Of a stretch of DNA of 64,000 nucleotides, positions 36,301 through 47,298 are shown piece after piece (position 1 is the first letter of the stretch; every line of letters starts with the position of its first letter). The DNA is from Dendrobates tinctorius. Taxonomy: Eukaryota. The DNA lies in the NCBI RefSeq assembly GCF_039654945.1, contig NW_027361819.1:2666001-2730000 (forward strand), in the 5' to 3' direction. The position numbers were made by a program, and so were the translations under genes. Below the pieces are notes generated by a model. It worked only from the letters and a program-made list of their open reading frames with translations, made no database searches and was not told the origin of the DNA.

Positions 36301-38525
36301 TGCCTATCGTCAAAGAACACATGATACAGGCTCAAGGAGCCCAAAAAAGAATCTATGATAGGGGCGCCAAGATCCGTACGTTTGCACCCGGAGATAGGGT
36401 GTTGATCCTGGTCCCCACGGTGGACAGTAAGTTCCTGGCAAAGTGGCAGGGCCCCTTTGAGATCAAGGAAAGAGTTGGTGAAGTAAACTACAAAGTATAC
36501 CAGGCAGGTAAACGGAAACCTGAACAGATTTATCATGTAAATCTGATAAAGCCCTGGAAGGATCGGTCTGCCTTGTCAGCGGAGCTGGCCCGTCCTGTCT
36601 GCTCGCATACCGTACCGGAGGTACGGGTTGCAGAGACTCTCTCGGAGCGGCAAAAGACTGAGGTCAGGCAGTTTCTACTTCACAACCAAAAGTTTTTCTC
36701 AGAAAAACCCGGGCAGTCTATGCTAATGAAACATGACATCGTAACGGAACCTGGTGTCACAGTTCACGTAAAACCCTACCGAATCCTGGAAGCGCGCCGT
36801 GAAGCCGTTTCCCTTGAAGTGAAGGCAATATTAGAGTTAGGAGTCATTGAGGAATCGCACAGTGCGTGGTCCAGCCCGATTGTGCTAATTCCTAAACCGG
36901 ACGACACCATCCGGTTCTGCAATGACTTCAGGAAACTGAATGCGGTCTCAAAATTTGATGCCTACCCTATGCCCCGGGTCGACGAGTTAATAGATCGGTT
37001 AGGAAAAGCCCAGTATATTACGACCCTAGACCTGACAAAGGGGTATTGGCAGATCCCTTTGGCGGAGGCTGCCAGAGAAAAGACGGCATTTGCTACGCCA
37101 GAAGGTCTATTTCAGTATGTGTATATGCCGTTTGGACTGCACGGGGCACCGGCGACCTTCCAGAGACTGATGGATCGAGTCTTGAGGCCACATAGGCGGT
37201 ACGCTTCGGCCTATTTGGATGACATTGTCATTTACAGCTTGGACTGGGAGACTCATCTCCAGAAAGTACAAGCTGTGATTGACGACCTGTGGGAGGCAGG
37301 TCTAACCGCGAACACCAAGAAATGTCACATCGGGCTAGAAGAAGCCCGGTATTTGGGGTATGTAATTGGGAGGAGTGTTGTTAAACCCCAGGTTGATAAG
37401 ATTCAGGCGGTTCAGGACTGGCCACAACCTGTCAACAAGAAGCAGGTGCAAGCCTTCCTGGGGATCGCCGGCTATTATCGCCGGTTCATACCCAATTTTG
37501 CAGCCATCGCTACCCCCCTGACGGATCTTACAAAAGGGAAAGACTCCGTCATGATTAAATGGAGTTTAGCGGCTGAAGAAGCCTTCCATAGCCTAAAACG
37601 GGCACTTTGCTCTCAGCCCGTACTGGTGACTCCGGACTTCCGCAGTGAGTTTGTGGTACAAACGGATGCCTCTGATACCGGTATCGGGGCCGTACTCTCA
37701 CAAGTGAGGGACGGGGTGGAACACCCAGTCCTCTATCTCAGCAGGAAGCTGAATAAACACGAGCAAAGGTATGCAGTCGTAGAAAAAGAGTGCCTCGCCA
37801 TTAAGTGGGCTCTAGAGGCCCTCAAATATTACCTGGTGGGCCGAAAGTTCAGGCTGATCACTGACCATGCCCCTCTCAAGTGGATGCACTTGAACAAGGA
37901 ACGGAATAGCCGGGTGACCCGGTGGTTCCTTGCCCTGCAGGCCTATACTTTTACGGTGGAGCACCGCCCAGGGGTACAGATGGGGAATGCAGATGCCCTG
38001 TCCCGAGTGCACTGTTTGGCGGGTGTCATTGCTCGACCAGAGTGGTCTGAGCAGAGGGGGGGGGATATGTGAGAATCATGTGGGAATAGTGGATGAGGGC
38101 AGGTATATCTCACCCAGATTCCTTTCCTATGTTGCCTAGTCTGGTCAGTATCGCACCTGCTTGCTAATGAATAATGGGAGGTGGATATAAAAGGATGCCA
38201 GGTGGTTGTGTGAGTGTCTCAGCCTGGGAACACAGAGAGCCTGTCTGTGTGAGAGACACACGTGAGTGGAAGCAGTGCCCACTGCAACTGTGGTTTGGCT
38301 GGACGGGAGAAGCCCGCCAGTTGGTAGTTAGGTTGTCCATTGTTTAGTTAGTGCCGGACAGGCAAGGATTTGTTTTATGTTTTATTTCCTTTTGCATTGC
38401 TTTCACCATTAATAAACCTGACCCAGGGTCAGTTATACACGAATCCCAGCTCTGCGCCTGAGTTTCATGCTGAATGCACGTGACCTTTGACCCCAGCAAA
38501 GGCGATCCCGGAGTGTTTTATCACA
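33306..38525 (+). mobile_element. Full-length Gmr1-like Gypsy LTR retrotransposon
   Basis: 458-bp LTRs (33306-33763, 38068-38525) with TG...CA ends, TSD AATT, PBS TGGTGGAGAACGCGGGCATC (tRNA-Ala-like) and PPT AGAGGGGGGGGGA. Confidence 0.97.
33798..38072 (+). CDS. Gag-Pol polyprotein: SCAN-like Gag, CCHC knuckle, protease, integrase, RT, RNase H
   Basis: 1424-aa uninterrupted ORF with CFRCQEMGHIAANC, LLDSGS, HHCC plus D-D-E integrase (MDLVGP, TDQG, VERFN), then YLDD and TDAS. Confidence 0.96.
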   Translation: MSMEDVVKALVQSTAVQQEANRVMMAQLKELVDMAVTDRSLLQQVAQRLASLPELNLEAESRVIHVSRYWQKMTTEDDVEAYLTTFERTAVREKWPKARWAGLIAPFLSGEAQKAYYDLEPEAAQDFDKLKAEILARLGVTTAVRAQRVHQWTYQPDKPPRSQMFDLIHVTKKWLQPEVLTAPEIIQRVVTDKYLRALPPALRKWVSHGNPTTADQLVDLVERYSVAEGLRDDATPPRSSSSPRGTGKTVPGSRGDGKIPKTVGEENGTARTARPRVTNYGLSKGPVRCFRCQEMGHIAANCPLTTEPMQCDVTDSKNRMSMVARVVSVNAGQKDAEKHLCDLTVDGKKVVALLDSGSVVTLVKASLVSAPTGPSDKFSVTCVHGYTCSYLTTVICITTSYGSVQHKVGLVPALLHDVILGRDFPHFWQLWENQLMPSGNSVHDSSPRERVGPEPLEEVSPEDSGEESAGNDLQFPFSVMAGDNEETGEEEEADSRPPPRLPDLEVQKDDFQSEQIKDPTLSQARTNVKVINGVPVEPGSRLAYPYMVLENDLLYQIEKKGEDTVQLLVVPKPYRRQVLDLAHGHVMGSHLGVQKTTERILHCFVWPGMHHDIRVYCESCPDCQASAPKPRFCSPFVPLPIIEVPFERIGMDLVGPLPRSARGHQHILVILDYATRYPEAIPLRNTANKIAKELVHVFSRVGIPKQILTDQGTPFMSRIMKELCRLLQIEPLRTSVYHPQTDGLVERFNKTLKQMLRKVIDKDGKNWDYLLPYLLFAFREVPQSSTGFSPFELLYARRPRGLLDVAKETWEGQVTPFKTVIDHVTQMQDRIAAVMPIVKEHMIQAQGAQKRIYDRGAKIRTFAPGDRVLILVPTVDSKFLAKWQGPFEIKERVGEVNYKVYQAGKRKPEQIYHVNLIKPWKDRSALSAELARPVCSHTVPEVRVAETLSERQKTEVRQFLLHNQKFFSEKPGQSMLMKHDIVTEPGVTVHVKPYRILEARREAVSLEVKAILELGVIEESHSAWSSPIVLIPKPDDTIRFCNDFRKLNAVSKFDAYPMPRVDELIDRLGKAQYITTLDLTKGYWQIPLAEAAREKTAFATPEGLFQYVYMPFGLHGAPATFQRLMDRVLRPHRRYASAYLDDIVIYSLDWETHLQKVQAVIDDLWEAGLTANTKKCHIGLEEARYLGYVIGRSVVKPQVDKIQAVQDWPQPVNKKQVQAFLGIAGYYRRFIPNFAAIATPLTDLTKGKDSVMIKWSLAAEEAFHSLKRALCSQPVLVTPDFRSEFVVQTDASDTGIGAVLSQVRDGVEHPVLYLSRKLNKHEQRYAVVEKECLAIKWALEALKYYLVGRKFRLITDHAPLKWMHLNKERNSRVTRWFLALQAYTFTVEHRPGVQMGNADALSRVHCLAGVIARPEWSEQRGGDM

Positions 38526-38836
38526 AATTGCACATAAAAATCGAGCCTCTGCTGCTCACTTGAGTGCTTGAAAAAGCTACTGCGAAACGCGCGTCGGGAT
38601 TGTGCCGGGCTCCTTGGTATATCCACTCACACATTATGGGTAAGCGTATGCATGCAGGATTTTACAACCCTGTATTATCTGCTATATCACGAGGATATGT
38701 AAAGACGATGTTCTGCAGCAGGATTTACACGGTCTGATCTCTACCATGTGCATCTTGACAGCACAGTCACATCTGAACTGCTTACACATTACTGGCAGTG
38801 ATGCACATGTGTCTCGGTGATCAGACTTCTTCTTAA

Positions 38837-39354
38837 AGGGGTTGTCCACTACTTTAATTTGCCCCCCCCCGCCAATGTATCCCCCCGGGGCCCCCAATGA
38901 ATTTTGTAAATACCTCATGTTGCCTATACTGCCTGTGAGCGGTGCTGTCGCTGTCAGCTCACAGGCAGCACGTGACCCCCGGCTGCAGCCGGCTCTTGCT
39001 TCTGCTGATGTCCCGACAAGTGCTGGCAGCAACCGGGGGTCCCTCTTCCTCCTTCCGCGCTGGCTGCCAGGTTGTGGGCGGGGTTATCCCCCCGCGTCAC
39101 ACCCATCATCCACAGCGCCCATTCACTGAGAAAGCGCGTGGTGGATGCTGGGTGTGCCGCGGGGGCAACCCCGCAGCCACCGCGGGGACCCAGCGCTGAG
39201 TCACGCCTCACTTCTCGTGACGTCAGTGCTGGATCACGTGACGCCTGTGAGCGCTGCTCACAGGCAGTATAGGCAACATAAGGTATTTACAAATTTCATT
39301 AGGGGCCCAGGGGGGATACATTGGGGGGTTAATTTAAAGTAGTGGACAACCCCT
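38837..39354. mobile_element. T2/Kolobok-type MITE
   Basis: TTAA TSD, TIR AGGGGTTGTCCACTACTTT / AAAGTAGTGGACAACCCCT and long internal inverted arms. Confidence 0.9.
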
Positions 39355-40789
39355 TTAACTACCATAATGATGTTGGTTACCATGATTACATCTGTACCAT
39401 TAGATATACCTCAGACCCATGCTTTATACTAGGGTTTTCTGTCCTTGTTACTACTGTTGTCTATACTGTTCTAATGGTGATTTTACCAGTATGTACAAAA
39501 AAGTGATTAATAAAGATTTTTTTATATATATTTTATAGCACTCCATTCTTTTTGGGGTTTCCTGTTATACAGGAGTATAAAATACTTGATGAATTTAATA
39601 GGCTCCCAACCACGTGGCATTAATACAATGTGGGGCTGCAGTTGTTGTTTCATTACTGCATTGTAGCTATTATCTTTTTTTTTTTTTCTTGCATTCAACC
39701 AAAATATATTTTCCCACCAAATATGCCAGTGCATCCAAATTTATATAAAGAGGGTGTACTGCGACGTTTCTGGAAAACTCTGTTGTGGATATTTCCAGCT
39801 CTGTCTACACAGCAATATCTCACTAGTATCTTAGGGACTGAATTAAGAGCACTGTTGTTTTTTCCCTCAGGAATCTGTGGGGATTGGAAAAACCACTTCA
39901 CTGCGTCTCAGAGCGAGAAGTTTGATGAGTATTATCAGAAACAAATGTCCGGCACCGATCTGTCTTTCCGCTTCTTGGTTTGAAGCAACTCAAGAACACT
40001 TTACACTCTCAGCCTGGCCGCGGACGGTCTAAATGGAGCTAGCGATAGGAAGCCACAAATCTTATTAACTGGTGCTCCTACATCTGAGTATGAGTCGTAA
40101 GGTTTCCATAGACTAAAGCTGATGAAAAGCCATAATCAACGATAAGGATGAAATTTACCTATAAGCAATCCTTTTATCAGACGGCTGACACACTCAACTC
40201 ATCTGGAAAGAAGTCGGCTACTTGTGAAGTTTTCAGATGGTTGGAATGAACATGTTTTGTTGTAATGAGAGATGTTTTAGTCAACCCGTTCCCAGAAACC
40301 TGTTGTCAGCAAAAATGTATGACCAGGTTTAATGACGAATAGGAACTAAAAACGCTATGGACATCAGCAAACTGATCCAATCATTCATTCAACCAACTTG
40401 TAGCTTATATGTATGGCTAACTTTAGAAAAGTTACACCCCATGAAACCTGCCAGATTAGTGGCTGCACGAACCTATGACCCCTCCATATCAGCTAAGACA
40501 TGAAGGAAGACCCTTATACCCATCAAAGCCCCATGAGGAATCGTACATGGAAAAGTAATGTATCGCTCCTGATACAAATAACAATTAGTGTCCAATTATT
40601 TGGTCGGCTTGTCTTTGATTATTAGGGATAAAGACCTGGGAGTCAATGTTATGGAAGGAATGATATCGTGTAAATTAGTAAGACTGGGTACGAAAAAAAG
40701 TGCTGCAGATTGATACTACCAAAGAGGGACAGATCACGTCATAAAGATGCTGGTACGGCGTTGTGAATAAAAAAAAAACCCTTATCTTT

Positions 40790-41755
40790 GTCATACTTGA
40801 TTCCGAGCTTTCCTTTGTCCCCCACATTCGATCACTGGCTCGCTCTTGTTATCTGCACCTCAAAAACATTTCTAGAATTCGACCTTTTCTTACTTTTGAC
40901 TCTGCAAAAACTCTTACTGTTTCTCTTATTCATTCTCGTCTGGACTATTGTAACTCTCTTCTAATCGGTCTCCCTCTTACCAAACTCTCCCCCCTCCAAT
41001 CTGTCTTGAATGCAGCTGCCAGGATCATATTCCTCGCCAATCGTTACACCGATGCCTCTACCTTGTGCCAGTCATTACACTGGCTACCCATCCACTCCAG
41101 AATCCTGTACAAACTTATTACCCTCACCCACAAAGCCCTCCATGGCTCAGCACCACCCTACATCTCCTCCCTTGTTTCAGTATACCATCCTACCCGCGCC
41201 CTCCGTTCTGCTGATGACCTGAGGTTAGCATCCTCAATAATCAGAACCTCCCACTCCCGTCTTCAAGACTATACACGTGCTGCGCCAATTCTTTGGAATG
41301 CACTTCCCAGGTCAATACGATTAGTCCCCAATCCCCACAATTTTAAGCGTGTCCTGAAAACACATTTATTCAGACTGGCCTATCGCCTCAACACATTAAC
41401 CTAATCTATCCCTGTGTGGCACAGCCAAAAGTTTTACCATAACCAGGTTCCCCGCATCATGTTCCCACATGCTTTATGCAACCATTAGCCCTATGCATCA
41501 GTACTGTTACACACTTAACATTATGGCTGGTCCATACAATCAGGGCAACTGTTACCACCCACCTTTCGTGTCTCCCCTTTTTTCCTCATAGACTGTAAGC
41601 TTGCGAGCAGGACCCTCATTCCTCTTGGTATCTGTTATGATCTGTGATTATTGTTATGCTGTAATGTCTATTGTCTGTACAAGTCCCCTCTGAAATGTAA
41701 AGTGCTGCGGAATATGTCAGCGCTATAGAAATAAAATGTATTATTATTATAATAA
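40790..41755 (+). mobile_element. 5'-truncated L2 (same subfamily as 1834-6460)
   Basis: ORF 40763-41404 is nearly identical to the RT C-terminus at 4690-5300, followed by the 3' UTR and (TTA)n tail. Confidence 0.95.
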
Positions 41756-41836
41756 TATCTTTGTTGTAGAAGCGATTTGTTCCAGCAGCGTAGCCCACCT
41801 AACGCGTTTTATCCCACTGACAACCTAGATAGATAG

Positions 41837-42122
41837 AAAATTAGGAAGGGGAAAGGGAAATTTGTGCTCACCAAAATAGTCCTGTAAGCCGGTCGTGCCT
41901 AGGGATCAAATGGCTGACCACCATGTGTTGCAAACATGAAAAGAGAAGGAAGATCCGGCACTGGAGACTTGATAAAATCCACGATGAGTTTTATTCACAT
42001 AATTTCATGATAAAACCATAAAGGGGAAAACAGACCCCCACGCCTGACGCGTTTCGAACCTTACACCAGGTTCTTCCTCAGAGACATCAAGTCTCCAGTG
42101 CCGGATCTTCCTTCTCTTTTCA
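41837..42122 (-). mobile_element. Short Penelope-like retroelement fragment with an inverted end and TSD
   Basis: Direct repeat ACCTAGATAGATAG at 41823-41836 and 42123-42136. Perfect 37-bp inverted repeat 41937-41973 / 42086-42122. Minus-strand hammerhead and AATAAA. Confidence 0.75.
42042..42085 (-). ncRNA. Minimal type I hammerhead ribozyme motif
   Basis: Minus strand GTCT-CTGAGGA-A-GAACC-tggtgtaa-GGTTC-GAAA-CGCGTC-AGGC: conserved core, 5-bp stem II, palindromic stem III ACGCGT, GUC cleavage triplet, stem I GTCT/AGGC. Confidence 0.8.
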
Positions 42123-42639
42123 ACCTAGATAGATAGTTGAACACTATTTGGACCATCATCAAAGCTTTAACCCAACTTTTTAAGATAGTTGAATGGCAAA
42201 CTTCCGGCTTACAAGTACTAAAACAGTGGATAAGTTCACCGCCCGGACCACTAGATATAGATCAGCCTCTCCGCTGTAAGTCAGGGCACAGGTGAACAAT
42301 GCAGTTATATAACCTTCTAAGTCAGACACAAAAGATAAATATATCCATGTCTCTGAGAGAATGAGGAACTGGAAACCCCTTTATGGAGGAAAATCCCCTC
42401 TCTCTTTTTCCTTGTGAATTCTGCTAAGAAAAATGTTTTTACTAAAATTATTTTATTAACCAATTTTTAAAGTATTGGCACAATACAATGGGTCTATTTA
42501 TATTTTACAGATTTCCATAGTGTTCTCTTGTTGCCCTGTATCATTCTGTGTATTCCCCATATTGTTTGGAGTCTCAATTACCTTCCAAAAGTCTGATAAT
42601 TGAATTAGCTCACTTACTGTCTGCAGCCTGACTGTATCT

Positions 42640-43055
42640 ATGCCTCTTACTGAACCCCCTATAGTGCCTTTTTCCCCAAGGCACCTTTGTCTGGTCTGGG
42701 AGGCCTGAAAACCGCCCCAACCTGTCTGACTACCCCTGGACATAAGGAGGGGGCTGGGGAGGACAGGAGCTGTACAAGTCAGACCCTGTGTGGTGATGAT
42801 CATGTGAAGACAGCACGTCAGAGAGAAAGGGAAGCATATGGACCCATTTTATCCTCTGTCTGCTGGATTATTGGACTCTCATCTCCTTGGACATTCATCC
42901 TGTTACTGAACTGCATCCGTGTTCTGGACTATTGTATCCTCAGTGTGGTGGATTGTTTATGGACCTTTTAGTTTTGCCTATAATAAAGGTCTTGGGATTG
43001 TTCACACTTCCCTCGCTCTGTTGATTGTGTGGTATCGGAGAAGGACCCCGTGACA
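42640..43055 (+). mobile_element. LTR 3' fragment
   Basis: TATAA-like box, AATAAA, and end ...CCCCGTGACA. The 5' end and TSD were not found. Confidence 0.45.
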
Positions 43056-44131
43056 GGGTCATTTGTGAAATCCTTGACTATGAGAAGCCGGGTTAGCTAA
43101 ATCAAGAACATACCGTAATACATGTCAAAGAAACTTATCATATCCTGATGGAGTCAAATTCCATTTTTCTGTCATGATTGTACGCAAAATACAGCAGTGT
43201 TGCAGCAAATACAATCCACAAATTGTTTTGCATGTACGAGAGAAAAGAAAGGGCTTTCACCTGTACAAACCACATAGTACAAACAGCATCACAAAACCAC
43301 AGTAAAGAACAAATTCACACATCAATTTATAATGTCATGCTCAAAAAAAAAATTTCACAAAAACGACATATGAACAAGCCCAAACAACAAAGGAAAAAAT
43401 CGAGACAGAGCCTAGACGTGTGAATGGGGCCTTACTCAGATTAAGGGCTCTTCAGACACTCGATTTTTCCACATGCGAAAAAAAGGACACATTATTCAGA
43501 TCAGACTCTGATCAGAGTGTGGTACATGGGTCATCCACTTTTCACGTATGTGGAGAAATTTTTTTAAAAAAAAATTCCCCCCCTTCACCATTCAGACAGT
43601 CTATGAAACTCAGACCGCACTCAGATTTTTTCGCGGACCCATTGACTTGCATTGCCGATTTAGATCTGAGTCTTGGATCAAAATTATACATATCTCCAAG
43701 ATTTTCCGCCGTCCACTTGGTCCAAGGAAAAAGTCTGATATTTGATTGGTCCCTTAAACTATCACAGTTACGAGTGTTATCCAGGAAAATCACAGTCAGC
43801 AAAAATCAAACATCTGAATGAGGCGTAAGATGCACCACACGGCCGCTTTATTACCGGAACTTGGGTAGAGAATTAATGGCTACAATTAATCATAGAAGAA
43901 AAGTGAGTAAATAGTGAGGTCTTAGAAATCAAGGCAAATACCCATCTAGAGAAACAAGACTGTAATCACGATTATAATTAAATTTTAAAAGGCAACGCTC
44001 ATATGTCAAGATACAGCGTAAAAAGAATAAAGTGCAAGTTAAATCATAAATAAATGGCTTTGCTCCTGATTGCCAATGAGGAAACCTCAGTAACAATGAC
44101 ATTAATGAATGGTTCGTCATTAGTTTGGGCT

Positions 44132-45613
44132 CTAACTTATCTTAACCCAGGCATCATCCTCCACCCAAAACGCAGCATGAAGAGGGGAGTGGAAGATGGT
44201 CTTGTAGGAGTACAGGTGGCATATGGGGTCACTTAGCTGATAGAAAGAAAGCTGACCGGCCTCAAGGTCCAGATATATTAAATATCTCTGACATGAATAC
44301 GCCACATCTATGTGAATTATTTCTGAGTTATGCTTCACTGAATACCTATTGTTTGATCTCGTGAGGACCCAGGAGTGATCGTTGATGCCGAGGAAGGAGA
44401 GAGTACCTTTCCTTTCTATGGTAGCATAGGCCACCCCTATCATCCAGTCCCCACAGTCACTTGCTTCCACCTCCCACGAATGTCGTCCTGAAAGAAAGCT
44501 TTTGGTACTAAGGACCTGAACGCAGTAAAATTTTTCTGGTCTTTCTGGCCGTCTTAAGTTAAGCTTTGATTTGCAGGCGGTCTTCAGGTCTCCTGAGAGC
44601 AAAACATAATCTCCAGCTGTCTTTTCATCCAGTATTATCTCTGAGGCCTCCAACAATTGAAGTTCTTCCATTGCACTTACATTAGACACAATTTTAGCTA
44701 GATTTCTGTGCAAAGTCATAGAAATGAGAACTTTATCCAGACTTTTTACTTGGTTCAATGGTTCATCGCTCATCCTTCTTGAGTAGCCATCTGATACAGT
44801 CAGAGATCCTGGTAGACGGCCTGTTAGGATAGTTAATGGATCAGTCATCTGACACAGTTTCTCAATATCGGATATCTGCTTAGATATATTTTTCACTTTT
44901 ATTTCTAGTTCTTGGACCTGTTCAGAAAGGCAGTGCATAACTTGCTCTTCCTGCTTTGAGACCTCTCGTAAGACACGTCTTTCTAGGGCATATAACTGTG
45001 CCCTTATATTAGTAAAGAGAACGTCTACTTGGTCCTTTATGGCTTTTGCTTTGTCTTTCGCGTTTTCCATTTCTGACTCTAAGTCCTTGATTCTATTTTG
45101 AGTCTTTTCCTTCCTTAGGATTCGTCTTCTCAACAAGCCCACGAGTTTCTCCTTCTTCTTCTCAGAAGCACTTTGTAGGAGTTGCACCGCATGTCCCTTA
45201 TGGTTTCCAATTAAAAAGCAGGAGACACAGATAACGGAGTCATCTTCGGGACAGTAGTACTTAAGTACCTCGTTGTGGATGGTACACTTTTGGCAACGTA
45301 ATGATGAGGTTGGCTCTATTAAGACGTGATCTGGTGACTTATTGTGGACAGAGAGGTGTGTTTCACACAACGAAGCTTCACATACACGGCACGACTTCAC
45401 AGCAGGGACCGAAAGATTCACACAGTAAGTGCACAAAACCTTGCTCTCTTTCTCTGATTTTGCCTTACATTCAAAGCATTGTTCATCTTCCTGAGAGGTC
45501 TCCTTCTTGCAATCTTCACAAACAACATGTCCACATCTCAGAGTCACGAGACTGGAACAAAGGTATATGCATGTGAAACAGGTCTGGTCTTCAGCGACTG
45601 CAGCAGATGCCAT
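44132..45613 (-). CDS. Single-coding-exon TRIM E3 ubiquitin ligase (RING, two B-boxes, coiled coil, PRY-SPRY/B30.2)
   Basis: 493-aa ORF with C3HC4 RING (CFTC...CGHVVCEDC...CFEC), B-box1 (CTYC...SCRVCEASLCETHLSVH), B-box2 (CTIH...YYCPEDDSVICVSC...HKGH) and PRY-SPRY (LDEKTA, SGRHSWEVE, YLDLEAGQLSFY). Confidence 0.95.
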   Translation of the reverse strand: MASAAVAEDQTCFTCIYLCSSLVTLRCGHVVCEDCKKETSQEDEQCFECKAKSEKESKVLCTYCVNLSVPAVKSCRVCEASLCETHLSVHNKSPDHVLIEPTSSLRCQKCTIHNEVLKYYCPEDDSVICVSCFLIGNHKGHAVQLLQSASEKKKEKLVGLLRRRILRKEKTQNRIKDLESEMENAKDKAKAIKDQVDVLFTNIRAQLYALERRVLREVSKQEEQVMHCLSEQVQELEIKVKNISKQISDIEKLCQMTDPLTILTGRLPGSLTVSDGYSRRMSDEPLNQVKSLDKVLISMTLHRNLAKIVSNVSAMEELQLLEASEIILDEKTAGDYVLLSGDLKTACKSKLNLRRPERPEKFYCVQVLSTKSFLSGRHSWEVEASDCGDWMIGVAYATIERKGTLSFLGINDHSWVLTRSNNRYSVKHNSEIIHIDVAYSCQRYLIYLDLEAGQLSFYQLSDPICHLYSYKTIFHSPLHAAFWVEDDAWVKIS

Positions 45614-46082
45614 CCTGGAAGAGAGCTGGCGATCTACAGAGGGATTTTCTGTTTTCTTGCTAGAAATACACTCAAACTTGTTTTACCTGATTCCCCAGGA
45701 AACTTCTAAGACAGTCCCATAAAGAGCCAAGCTCTTTTTCTGTCCTGTAAATATCCTGTCCTAGAAAAAGGGTAGTTACATACATGTAGCTTTATGCAAT
45801 ATTTGCATAAAGTCACAGGTTTTTATCAGGAGGCTAAAGCTGACTGTAAATTAGGGAATTCCAGAGGCTGTTTCCTAAAAAAAACAACTTATCCTTCATT
45901 ACTGTCTGTGATAGTTGTCGTCTTCAAAGACAATATGCAAGATAAAAAGATGATCTGAGCAAAACAACTTATTGGGGTCGGCCATGACCTGGATTTCCAT
46001 TTAGGGGATGCAGTTGTCTTGATATCCATTGTTGGGAATAAGTTGGTTGGGACTTCTGATAATATAGGAGATATCATAACAG

Positions 46083-46700
46083 TCCTTAGTTGACGTGAAG
46101 AATTTATTGAGGGGTCAGCATGGCATGGTAACTTTGTAAGATGACCAATGCTTCAATCCACCCAGACACCGGTCTCAGCCTGTTAAGAGCAGTGTAAAGA
46201 ACATTTCTGGGATCATTTAATGTCTACAATATTGTATATTTTGCTGTACATATCATTATTCACTGTATATATTGCACAATTTTTTATGTAGGATTTCACA
46301 TTTTCGACAGCCACGATGTGATAAAGAACAGGGATGGATCGAAACTTATGACCATCATATGTATCTCCATGCATTTTGACATGTTTGTGCCTGCTACTAT
46401 AATAATAATCACACTTCTTTGAAGACTCCGTGAGAGTGCAGCCGTTTCCGCTCAGCCTGTTAGACCCTCCATAGTACGACCACTACGCTGCTCCTAATTG
46501 ACCAAGATCCAGGTGGACTGACATGAAAGCCATGACAGACCGCTATCAGCCTCTCCAGAGTATCCAGTATTCTGCTTCTAACAGGCCATGACCAAGGTCT
46601 GGACAGACCGAAATGCTGGCCATCTTCTCACCCAAGAACATGACATGTGAAGATATCAATAAATGTCATTTTATTCACTCCAACTAAGGAGAGCTGTGGT
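46083..46700 (+). mobile_element. Decayed Penelope-like terminal-repeat fragments
   Basis: Hammerhead-like GGCC-ATGACCAA-GGTCT-ggac-AGACC-GAAATGCTGGCC at ~46583-46621, then AATAAA. An inverted copy of the end (TCCTTAGTTG / CAACTAAGGA) is present. Confidence 0.5.
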
Positions 46701-47132
46701 CTTTCCCAAGTTAATGTTGGGATATTCACCCTACCACTGAGCACCACCGTCCACCTGTCCGGAGTGATGACCGTAACCTCTTTACTAGACGGCCACTGAT
46801 GCCATGCAGATCTGTCATTTTAACCAAATGATTTTTCAACAGCAACGCCCCAACAACCAAAAATGCTAAAACAGAGCATCTTTACATGGAAATCGGCATC
46901 TATCAGGCTCACTTGTGTCACAAAAAGGTACAAATGTCTGGTACAAAATAGTCTAAATTGACTGTCTCATCTGTTCAAAATCTCCAGTGTGTGAGGATCA
47001 GAGTATTGTTCAGATTTCAGCTAGTGATTAACAAGTGAGGTTAATCTGGTGAAAGGGAGGATGTCTATCTTAGGACGATTATGGCAAATCTGCCAAAAAC
47101 ATATCTGTAATGTGTACGGTACAACGAGCTGT

Positions 47133-47298
47133 GGTAACTCTTTCCATAAGGTAGCTTTACACATACGTGTGTTGCCATCCGAGAGAATGGTAACTCTTTC
47201 CATAAAGTAGCTTTACACATACGTGTGTTGCCATCTGAGAGAATGGTAACTCTTTCCATAAGGTAGCTTTACACATATGTGTGTTGCCATCCAAGAGA
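47133..47298. repeat. 56-bp tandem repeat, 3 copies
   Basis: Copies start at 47133, 47189 and 47245. Absent from the paralogue near 9715. Confidence 0.9.
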
